64,000 bases of DNA from assembly GCA_964016885.1 (NCBI GenBank), contig OZ024745.1, positions 90,582,001 through 90,646,000 of the forward strand. Reading direction: 5' to 3'. The first letter of the stretch is position 1, and each line of letters begins with the position of its first letter. Below the pieces are notes generated by a model. That model worked only from the letters and a program-made list of their open reading frames with translations. It ran no database searches and was not told the origin of the DNA. Made by a program: the position numbers and the translations under genes. The stretch is from Eledone cirrhosa. Lineage: Eukaryota. Shown here in pieces: positions 53,211-64,000 of the stretch.

Positions 53211-54062
53211 AGGCAAACATAAAATTGATGATTGACCTCATCATTACAATCATCCCAGTGGTGGTGGTCGTGGTGGCAGCAGTCATGATGATGATGATGA
53301 TGATATATACAAATATATGATATGAAAGTGCTAAAAATAAATCAAGGGGAAAGGTTGCGAAAAGGTCATATGTTTACAATTTTTGGTTTTGGTAGTAATA
53401 TGAAAAGAAACCCAATTCATTTGCCAAGAGACTGCCAAAGAGTGAAGAGGTGTTAAGTAGAGACTATCTAATTTCATTGAAAGAGCCTCCAATAACAGTG
53501 CAATATTTATAGAGCTGACCATGACTGGACTCTTAAATCAATACTGGTTTTCCTTCAGAAAGCTTCAATTTGCATAAACTATTGCTTACACTAAATATTT
53601 GTCTTCTTCCGTTAACAGAAGCTAATTACTTTGAAAGCAATCAAATTTAGTATATTAAGGAAAAACATACAATCAAATGAAGCAATTTATTTCCAGATTA
53701 ATTCACACAAATGCATGCCTGTACACACACATAAATGCATGCCTGTACACACACACACACACATACACACACACACAATTCTCTATTACTACTTCCCACA
53801 GTTGTTTCAATAGTTCCAGCCGATCTGAAACTGCCAGCATTATACTACTACTACCATTGAAGGCATGTATCTATCTATCGATCTATCTATCTATCGCCTC
53901 TCTGTTGCTCCTGCAGTGTTTTATTTTCCAGTCCCTTGTACTAAACACTTTGCTTTAAAAAAAAAACCTGTCTGTACCAGAAGATTGTGATTAACTCAGA
54001 ATACAAGAAAATACAAAAAGAGTATTAAGAGTATACATAAAAAGAGAGGTTTCTTGACATAC

Positions 54063-54186
54063 TTGCATCTCCATTTCAAATTTCTTCTCCTGAATATCTT
54101 TTGCAACTTGGGTCTTAACAATAAGAGCTTGATATTGCTTATTTTCAGACTTCTGTAAACGTTTCATTTCACGGAGATCTTGCTTC
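54063..54186 (-). CDS. SLK: SLK/STK10-like STE20 kinase, coiled-coil exon (first visible exon)
   Basis: ttttag|G AAG CAA..., encodes (R)KQDLREMKRLQKSENKQYQALIVKTQVAKDIQEKKFEMEMQ, donor |GTATGT; resembles the RQELRELRLLQKEE start of the SLK/LOK coiled-coil region; 124 nt, phase 2 to 0. Confidence 0.9.
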
Positions 54187-55135
54187 CTAAAATAGAGAAA
54201 ATAGAATATTGAAAGACACTCATTAAATAGATTCAGCTGAAATTCATTCAAAAGTAAATACAGTTTCATAAAATATGAACCAGACAGAGATAATGGTTTC
54301 ACAAGTCCCTTCATTGGACTGCTTTAGTGAGAAGTACAGTGGAATAGAATACCAGTCTTCAGATAAGAAATGAACACTAAAAAACAATGATATACATTTA
54401 AAGCAGTTATTATTTCTAACATTAAGTAGTTTTCTTCTTTGCCCACAGAGGGTCAGGGGACAGAATCCTCAAACTCTCCTTTCAGCAGGTCTTTCAGAAG
54501 CAAGCGTCTCCAACTGATCCGCTTGGATCCTCAAGCAAGACCAGCCAAGCTCGTAATATTGGAGCTGTGATCTTTCAATTCAGGGAAGTAGTGGCTCTAC
54601 CTTGAGTGACACCTGCGATTCTTTCCTGAGACATTCTAACCACATGCCCATTAAATTAAGTAGTAGGATAGAAAAGAAAATAATAACAATAATGATTTCT
54701 AATTTAGGCACAAATTGGAAGATGGGAAAGTCAATTAAATTCATACCAGTATTTTACTGGTACTATATTTTATCATATCAACTCAGACCCCTTTACGATC
54801 TGAGTTCAAATCCCGCTGAGGTTAACTTTGCCTTTCATCCTTACGGGGTCGATAAAATAAAGTACCAGTAATGTACTGGAATAATTGCTGGCCTTGTGCC
54901 AAAAGTAGAAACAACTATATTTTATCATATCAACCTCCAAAAGGATAAAAGGTAAAGTTAATTTAGGCAGGATTTGAACACGGATTGTAAAAAGTTAGAC
55001 CAAACACTGCAAAGCATTTTGTCCAAAATTCTAATGATTCTGCCAATCCCCCTCCTCCCCCTCATAATACTAATAATAATGATGATGATAAATCTAAACA
55101 GAGTTGAAAAAAGTAGCCCTGTAATGTATGCTTAA

Positions 55136-57449
55136 TCTATCTCCTTATAATATATAACCAGCAATTTCTCTGTCTGTCCGACGCGTAGAGAGAGAGTGAG
55201 AGTGAAAGAAAGAGACAGACTACAAGAGAGGGATAGCAGGAGGGAGGGAGAGAGACGCTGGAAGAGGGGAAGGAAAGCTATGTCTTGCTGTCTGCATTAC
55301 GATACATATATATATATACACACACACACTGAGCGCGTCATAATGACGTAATGCAGACAGCCAGACATACAGACAGATATTATAAGGGCGCAACGTTATA
55401 TCTATGTATCTATCTAAAAAGAAAGACTAAGAATTATATAGAGAGAACGCTAAATCGCCTAATGCGGTCCCTAGGGCATTGAAAATTTGAAATAATTTTT
55501 GCTCAAAACACTCACAGGACCATACGTATTACATGTCTAAAGTTTGAAAACAATCGGTTGGATGGTTCTCAAGTTTTAGTGAGCTGACAGACAGACAGAC
55601 ATTCTCTGTTTTAGATATATAGACTAGCAGAAAACCGCCCCCCCCCCCGAGTGGTTTTCTGCTAGTCTATATATATAAAACAGAGAATGTCTGTCTGTGT
55701 GTCTGTTTCCCTAAAACTCGAGAAGTACCCAACCGTTTTTTTTCAAACTTTACACATGTAACCCGGAAGTGTTTTGAGCAAAAAAAAATTTCAAATTATT
55801 CTGACCTAGGGATCGAATTAGTGAAGTGGCCAATGTCTGTACATAATGAGGGAGTGAGAGGGGAGAGAAAGAAACGGAGAGGCGAAGTGAAGAAGTGGCT
55901 CTCTACCCCTCCTCCTCCCCATTCGTCACAGCGTTTTTCGATAGAGGGGAGAAATGTGAACGAGTTACAGAGAGAAAGAGTGAGAGTGAAAGAAAAAGAC
56001 AGACTAAAAGAGGGGGATAGCGGGAGAGAGAGAGAGAGAGTGACAGACGCCGTCTTTTGAGAGTTGTATGCGTCAAAGATACATGACAGTGGAATAACTA
56101 TTGCGTGTGTGTGTATGTGCGCGCGCGCGTGTGTGTGAGTTTGTGTGTGTTTGCATGCGTGAGTGTGTATGTGTGCGTGAGTGATTATAAACTCTCTCAC
56201 ATGGTCTGATGGAATTAACCCTTTAGCATTTACATTACTCTATATATACTATATTATTTTCATGGTAAAGGCTTTATCTCACATAATATAAAAATCTCAT
56301 AGATTTAATATTATTTATTTTGTATTAATGTGAGTGAGTTATAAAGAGAAAGAGTGAGAGTGAAAGAAACAGACAGACTAAAAGAGGGGGATAGCGGGAG
56401 AGAGAGAGAGAGAGAGAGAGACGCTGGAAGAGGGCAAGGAAAGCGATATGTCTTGCTGTCTGCATTACAATACATATATATACACTGATCGCGTCATAAT
56501 AACGTAATGCAGACAGCCAGACATACAGACAGATATTATAATGGCGCAACGTTATATCTATGTATCTATCTAAAAAGAAAGACTAAGAATTATAGAGAGA
56601 GATCGCTAAATCGCCTAATGCGGTCCCTAGGGCATTGAAAATTCCAATTTTTAATGCCATACGGACCGCATTAGGTGATATTTCTCTATAATTCTTAGTC
56701 TTTCTCTTTTTAGATAGATACATACATATAACGTCGCGCCATTATAATATCTGTCCGTATGTCTGGCTGTCTGCATTACGTCACTTCCCTGAGAATGTCT
56801 GTGTGTGTGTGTGTGTGCGCGTGTGCGTGTTTGAATCCCTAAAACTCGAAAAGTACCCAACCGATTTTTTTCAAACTTTAAATGTGTATTACTTATGTTT
56901 CAGGGAGTGTTATGCACATAAAAAATTCAACTTTTTGATCTCCTAGTGCCCGCATTATTCACCTAATGCGGGCACTAGGAGATCAAAAAGTTGAATTTAG
57001 ATCAAACTGCGTTTTTTAAGCTTTTTAGGGGTTTATTTGAGTTGTTACGTCAGACTGATTTCCTTGAAATTGTAACTATCTATTAATCACTCTTTTCATA
57101 TCGTGAGCAAAGAAAATCCAACTTTTTTATGGCCTAGGGCCCGCATTAGGTGAAAAACTTCATTTTTTCAGCTTTTTAGGGCTTTTTGGAGGCGTTACGT
57201 CTAGCTGATTTTCCCGAAATTTCAGGGCATATTATGCACATAAAAAAAAATTATTTTATGATCCTCTAGGTGAAAAACTGCATTTTTCCTGCTTCATCGA
57301 GGAAAATCTTAAAGATTATCCAGCCATCAGAGTATTCGGTTTATTTTCTTTATATATTGTCCAGGCATGCAGTTTTTCCACGATTAAGTTTGTTGGCGGC
57401 CCACGTTCCAAAATACCTTATCCCGTGCAACGCCGGGTACCACTGCTAG
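55136..57449 (+). mobile_element. Composite non-autonomous Helitron cluster
   Basis: A|TC start; ends CCCGTGCAACGCCGGG...CTAG|T; internal direct repeat (55186-55490 vs 56350-56645), inverted copies and palindromes (55623-55666, 56924-56997). Confidence 0.65.
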
Positions 57450-57479
57450 TATCCTATAAATGACACTTTCTATCCAATA

Positions 57480-57735
57480 GCACAACATATATTCCATAAA
57501 TAACTTGCACAACATATATTCCGTAAGTAACTTGCACAACACACATTCTACAACTCAAATCACACAACATACATTCTACAAATAACCCAAATCACACAAC
57601 AGACATTCTACAAGTAACTTAAATCACACAACACACATTCTACAAATAACTCAAATCACATAACACACACATTCTACAAATAACCCAAATTACACAACAC
57701 ACATTCTACAAATAACTCAAATCACACAACACATA
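57480..57735. repeat. ~30-bp minisatellite
   Basis: acacattctacaaataactcaaatcacaca-like units. Confidence 0.85.
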
Positions 57736-59860
57736 TTTTATACAATCAACACACAGTGGCACATAGAAATTTGTATGAAACTTAAAAATATAATAATCTA
57801 AACTATAATAAAGTAAGAAGCGCGGGACTGCATACAGTTTATAATTTTTTATCCCATTAGTAAAATAAGTTGGATTACTTTGAATAAATAATGAATGAAT
57901 ATTACATAATTTTATCTACTAAATTTTGTAGCTGTTCATTAAATATATTTTATTATTTATTTAAAGATTCACTTTAAAATTTTCAACTGTCAACACTTCC
58001 GGTGGCGATCGCTTAAATAAACAATTTTCAGTCACTCATTTTCTCCTAATGCAGTTTATATATAATATTGTCTTTTTTTTTTTAATGTATCATGGATAAG
58101 ACAGTGTAACACAGACTTCGTTCAATTTCTGTGGATATTGTCAATTACGATTTTATTTGATGTATCATATCTACATGTATATATACTTGCGTATAATATC
58201 AATATACACACTACACATGCTAGCAGAAAACCACCTGAAGGGTGGTTTTTCTGCTAGTAACACTAATGAAGAGAATATATGTATGTTCTTCAATTGGTGA
58301 ATATGACTACAATGATGTAACAGTTTGATGAGTGTTCTCAATATAAGGTTTGAAAGATCAAATACAGACAAATTAACTCGAATATTGAGTTTTGAAATGC
58401 AAGTGTATTAGAATTTGTAGGAAAATGGAAAAACTCGGCGTAAGGAAGCTATTAAAACAGCAAAATGCTGTTGAAACAGCATTGGGTAAAACATTACGTT
58501 GAAGGATAGATGCCGAGTTTTTCCATTTTCTTATGAATTAAATATAGAGTAAGATTACTAAAAGAACATGTAGGAGATAAAAGACCAAAAATAAAACCAG
58601 TAAAAGTTCAATGTTTATAAAAGCAGGAATAAAGATAATACAAACATCAACCTATTTTGACAAATAATTTCACAGGACTCTATATAACTAAAAGCAGTTT
58701 ACCACAAACATACCACAGTCACAGTCTTCGATTTAGAATCCAACATCACACACTGAATAATTCCAAGGTTTTAATCAGTAATTCATTTTTTTAAATGCAA
58801 CAACAAAAAAAAAGAAAAATAGAACTTCAGAGTAAGCCTTAATGATGGAGCTTTTAGAATACCACTTGTATGTTTTAAAGAATTTATTTGGTCAACTAGT
58901 TATTTATTCATTGCACATCCCATCCTCACCATATGTCCTACTTAGCAAGCCATTTATTTCTATAATCCAGTTAAGACTAGAACCAGACATCAGGCTCAAA
59001 TCAAGAGCTATTGATTGCTCTACTGAAAAAGAAGCAGCAGCAGAACAAACATCAAAACCTATTGCATTTTTTATAAGCAGTTCTAATAGCTTAAAACGCC
59101 ATGTATTTTTGCCAAATACTATGAGCCACAGATGTAGTGAGCAGACCTTTTAGATTGCATAATTGGCTGCCATAAATAATAAAGTTATTGGAGTGGTTGG
59201 TAGTGATGATGGTGGTGGTGATGTTAGTGGTGAATGATGATGAAAGGAAAATACAAAAGGGCGCACATTGAATTAGATATGGCTATTCCACACTAAAGAG
59301 CTGAGTTAGTCAGAAATTAACCTAATTAATCTGCTTAATTTGTGTGTTTGAAAGTGTGTTTATGTGTCTGTTAGTATATGTTAGGTGCAATTGAAGAAGA
59401 GTGTGTGTGAAAGAGGGTGCAGTTGAGAGTGGGTTTATGTGTCTGTCAGTGTGTGTGTTTGGTGTGAAGGAGGATGAGAATGTGTGAAAGATAGTGCAAT
59501 TGTGGGTGTTTTCATGTATCTGTTAGTGTGTATGTTGGGTGGGAATAAGGAAGAGTGTGTGTGAAAGAGGGTGCAATTGAGGGTGTGTTTATGTGTCTGT
59601 TAGTATGTGTTGGGTGTGAATGAAGAAGAGCGTGTGTGAATGAAAGAGGGTGCAAGAAAGGAAAAGAGAGAAACAAGTCTCTAAATCTAATGGAGAGAAA
59701 GTGTGAGGTTTATGCATAAGAAAAGGGATATATATATATATATACACACACACAGATTTCCTATAGAAATTTTGTGTACGTATCAGAAAGATAAATCTTG
59801 CACCTATATATACATGAAAGAAAAACTCTCTCCCTCTCTTTGTGTATGTATGTACATGTG

Positions 59861-59902
<42 letters not shown>

Positions 59903-60527
59903 GGAGAGAGAAAGAGAAAGAGGAACTGCTGCTTATATGTGAATTTATATGAGGAAGTATGAACATAAGAGATAAATATAACCAAACCAATTTAGCATAA
60001 GCTTACATGATCAACCAGAAAACAAAATGTGAAAGAAAGAAAAAAAACGGTTGTAGAATAATGAAAACAGCAGTCATTATTCTGAGAATTCTAACAAATA
60101 GTTGATAATGGACAGCTTAGTTCAGTCAGAATTTATTCATGACTAACCGATTCTTTAGAAGTGAAGTGGCATTCAGTTGCCAATATCATTTTGATCTCGG
60201 AAGTATATTTCCACTATCACAATACACTCCCAGCTCTGCACACACACCACACACAGACCTAGCCAAACCCACACTCACATACCCTCACATAATTCTTCTG
60301 CAACATCAATGCCACCAGCTCAATCCTTTCAACTTTTTGAGACTTTGAAGGACATGATTACATCCAAAGAGAAACAACATAAAATTGTTTTATAATGCAA
60401 GGTAAGCTTGTGTGATTTTTGTAAACTTGTTTGATTTCATATATATATATGAAGTATTTCCGTCAGAAAGGTACAGAAAAAAAGAGTGCTCTATGTAAGC
60501 TACAGAGGTTATTAGCCCTCAATAACA

Positions 60528-61988
60528 GTGGCTTCACCGAACAAATTAAATAGTTATCTACTCCTCTTTCTAACACTAAACACAATAACAGGAAAAGAAA
60601 AAATTATTTGGTTTACACCCCTTTTCTCTCTAACTGTTAAAACTAACGTAGGAAGAAAATTCCTTGACCTCCTTGACAAACATTTTCCCCCTAATCATAG
60701 ATATAATAAGATATTCAATAGAAATCTAGTTAAAATCAGTTACTCTTGCTGCCCATCAATGAAAACTAAAATTACCAACTCTAATGGTGCTAGAGTAAAT
60801 CCAGGATGCAGTTGCAGGAAGCCGAAAGAATGCCCATTACAGGGTAAATGTAATACCAAATCTATTGTGTATGAGGCCAAATTGACACCAATGATTAATA
60901 ACCAGCCAGCAAGGAGTGAACGATATGTTGGCATGATTCAGGACAGATTTAAAACCAGGTATTATGCACATGTCGCTTCTTTCAAACACCCTGAAAAAAG
61001 AACAGCAACGACGCTGGAAAATAAAGTGTGGGAGTTCAAAGACAAAAACATTCCGTACACTATTGATTGGTCTATTTTAGACCATTCAAGAGAATACCAA
61101 AGGGGCACAAAGAAATGTTTTTTGTGTACTACGGAAAAATTTAGAATTCTCCAAAACTTGAAAACCCCTACCACTTGTCTCAACTCTAAGACCGAGATCT
61201 TTAGATGTTGTCCACACCTAAAATCGCATCTACTTTTTAACTGGATTAACATACCAACGATTACTCAACCACCTTGAGCTTCTTCTTTACTTATCACGCC
61301 TTCCACTCACTACCAATTCCATTACCTTATGAACACATATTTTCTACCAATATATACTTTTTCTCCCTCATCTCTTTCTATATATCATTTGACTTATATT
61401 CCCCCGCTAACTATCTACCATACCTTTAATACATACACACCCACCACCTTTCTCCTTTACCCAGATCACTATATACCCTTTTCCACATCTCATCACAAAC
61501 ACTTCTCTCTACTACAACTTTCACACCCCTTTTCTCCCTTACCTGTTCTTAATAATTGTTTTTATTATTTTATTTTAGTTTTACTCCCCTTTGTCCTTAC
61601 TTATCCACTAGGTTTTTAAGTGTACTCACATAAGGTTATATGTGGGTGCATATGCAAACAGGCTTATGCGTACTTACAAATATATGTGTGTGTGTGTATG
61701 TGTGTGTGTTTGTGTATATATATATATATATATATATGTATGTACATATTTGTTTATATGTATTTGTATTTATGTATGCATGTGTTTGTAAATATGTTTT
61801 GTATATGTGTATGTTTTTGTTTATATGTATATATATATGTGTGTATGGATTTACGTATATGTTTATTTGTATCCGTGTGTTGATTTCTTATTGTGTGTGC
61901 GCACGCGTATGTGGGTTATGTACCTTTGAGATTCATTTTTCTATTTTATTGTAGTATTTTTTTGTATGTGTATGCATGTCTATGTGTG

Positions 61989-62082
<94 letters not shown>

Positions 62083-62750
62083 CGTGTATGTGTACGTATA
62101 TTTATTTTATATATACACATATATACGTGTTTGCATGTGTGTATAGGTATGTATGCTTGTATATGTGTATGTATATATATATGGTTTTGCATATATTGTG
62201 TATTTGTTTATATTTAAGTTGTTTTTTATTTATTTGCCCCACACATTTACACCTTTTTTTTACTTTATTTTGATTTTGATTTTTACTTTCTTATAAATAT
62301 ATATACATATATTTTTTGTATCTTTTGTTCTTATTTATTTATTCAGTTATTCCTGCTTCCTAACTACTGTCCGTATTCGTGTGTACATTTTTGAGTGCAT
62401 ATATATCTGTGTATATGTATGTGTATGTATTTATGTTCCTGTCCGTATTGCTAATACGCTTATGTGAGAAAGTATACGTCTACGTACTTTTTAGTATATG
62501 CGCGTAGTTGAGTGTGTGTATGTTTACATTCTGGATATTTATATTTTTATATACATATTTTTTTTTTCTTTTTCCCTATTTCGATTTCGCCCGTTTTTTT
62601 CAGCCTCACTTTCATATTTCCTAAATTTTGTTTTCAAATCCATATTTAATAAATACACCATGTTTTTTATTCATTCTGACAACTGAAGACAGACACACAA
62701 CATCTGTCTTCAAGAAATCACTGGTAAATGAAATAATTATCTTATGTTGT
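60528..62750 (+). mobile_element. Penelope-like element C, 3' fragment with GIY-YIG ORF (to 61277) and long tail
   Basis: IIWFTPLFS, CSC...CP..C, IVYEAKL...YVGM...FKTRYYAH, CFLCTTEK, LNSKTEIFRCCPH; decayed hammerhead at 62670-62732; lies in an SLK intron, antisense. Confidence 0.88.
62670..62732 (+). ncRNA. Decayed type I hammerhead at the end of PLE C
   Basis: ttcatt-CTGACAA-ctgaagacaga..tctgtcttcaa-GAAA-tc-act-gg-TA-aatgaa. Confidence 0.55.
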
Positions 62751-62751
62751 T

Positions 62752-62806
<55 letters not shown>

Positions 62807-64000
62807 CAGGGTGTGGACGATATTTGTTCGCAATTTTCAACTGCTAATTTTATGCAAATTTTTTTTACTTCCGTTGTCACTCTAGTCTTCATAAAAACAG
62901 TGACTATATTTCCATTATTTATTTTCAGAATAATTGATTATGAATAATTTTGAACCTCCAAATTTGTGGAAGAGACACAGAGTTCTTCTTGGATTCTGCG
63001 CCGGGAGGACAAATAAGGAAATTTCATACTTTCTCAGCATCAGCAGGAGAATGGTGGAAAAGGTCAGAAAGGAATTGGAAGATTCAGGATTCGACTAAGA
63101 AGCAATATCAGAAAGGAAAACACATGATCGACGATCTGACGCCTTCAGAACGACGGGGTTCGTCGCTGAAGTTCAGAATATCATCAACAATGAACCTAGC
63201 AAGTCGATGCGTGCTATTGCAAGGGAGAAAGGCTGGTGGTACATGAAGACATTCGCTACGTTTCATACAAGATGAGGAAAGGACAATTTCTGTCAAAGGC
63301 GATGCAAGAAAAGCGACTGAAGCACGCAAAGAAGCTGATCAACAAGTTGAAACACCCACTGGAGCCAGACATGCTGTGGTTTTTCTCCGACGAGAAAAAC
63401 TTCTGCCAAGACCAAAAGATCAACTCCCAGAACAACAGGTGGCTTGCTGTCTCATCCAAAGATGTGCCCAGAGTTATGCAGACAAAGTTTCCAGTGACAA
63501 CATTGGTCTTAGGTGTCGTCAGCAGTCAAGGTGATGTCATGCCACCTCACTTCTTCCCTGGGGGTCTCAAGCTGAACACCGATGGCTACATCTGCGTTCT
63601 GAGCGAGGTAGTAAAGCCCTAGATCGACCAGGTAGCTGCAGATAGGCCGTACATGTGGCAGTAAGACTCAGTGCCCTGCCATACCAGCCGAAAGACCCAA
63701 GCCTGGCTGTCAGAGAACTTCGTCGTCCACACTTCACCTGACATCTGGCTTCCCAGCTCGCCTGACTACAACCCCCTCGACTTCTTTGTGTGGGGCGCAG
63801 TGGAACGAGACACCAACAGATCTAGCTGCAATACGAAAGATGATCTGAAGGCCAGGATCACAAGTGCCTTTAGGGGCCTAAGTCGGGGGACAGTAACGAA
63901 GGCCTGTAGCCGGTTCCGAGGCCGCATTGAGGTCATCATCAAAGCCAATGGTGGGTTTATCGAGTGAGATCGAAAGAACAAGTCATGAAGACAAACTGAT
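62807..64000 (+). mobile_element. Tc1/mariner DD37D (maT) transposon, transposase pseudogene, runs off window end
   Basis: TA|CAGGGTG terminus; WFFSDEKNF ... WQ*DSVPCH ... SPDYNPLD with 37 residues between the second and third Asp; two in-frame stops and 5' frameshifts. Confidence 0.88.

Noticed and set aside
52983-53286. Poly-His, poly-Ile and poly-Met ORFs
   Set aside because: Translations of a (GAT)n microsatellite.
58929-59140. Possible extra SLK exon or alternative first exon with donor TATG|GTGAGG
   Set aside because: The long open frame ends in phase 1, but the next exon needs phase 2, and the peptide has no SLK similarity.

Overview
AT-rich, repeat-dense animal genomic DNA. The SINEs, microsatellite load and Neptune-type Penelope elements suggest an octopod cephalopod (inference). 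The one clearly conserved gene is the 3' half of an SLK/STK10(LOK)/Slik-type STE20 kinase on the minus strand: nine GT-AG exons from 54186 to 41680 encode the C-terminal coiled-coil region, and the kinase exons lie beyond the window. Two orphan minus-strand ORFs (about 3.9-4.4 kb and 26.4-27.7 kb) end at plausible splice donors. The rest is mobile DNA: Penelope-like retroelements (PLEs), tRNA-derived SINEs, RTE/CR1 fragments, Helitrons, MITEs and a DD37D (maT) transposase pseudogene. The most striking feature is a dense set of type I hammerhead ribozyme motifs from several unrelated families, mostly at 7.3-25.5 kb. They sit in PLE tails, in non-coding fold-back elements and in a ~420-bp retrozyme-like unit nested in a PLE with a 13-bp target-site duplication. 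One hammerhead-bearing non-coding element also carries two tandem ~218-nt GC-rich modules with apparent covariation that I cannot assign to a known RNA family. All structures were derived by eye, and repeat boundaries are approximate.
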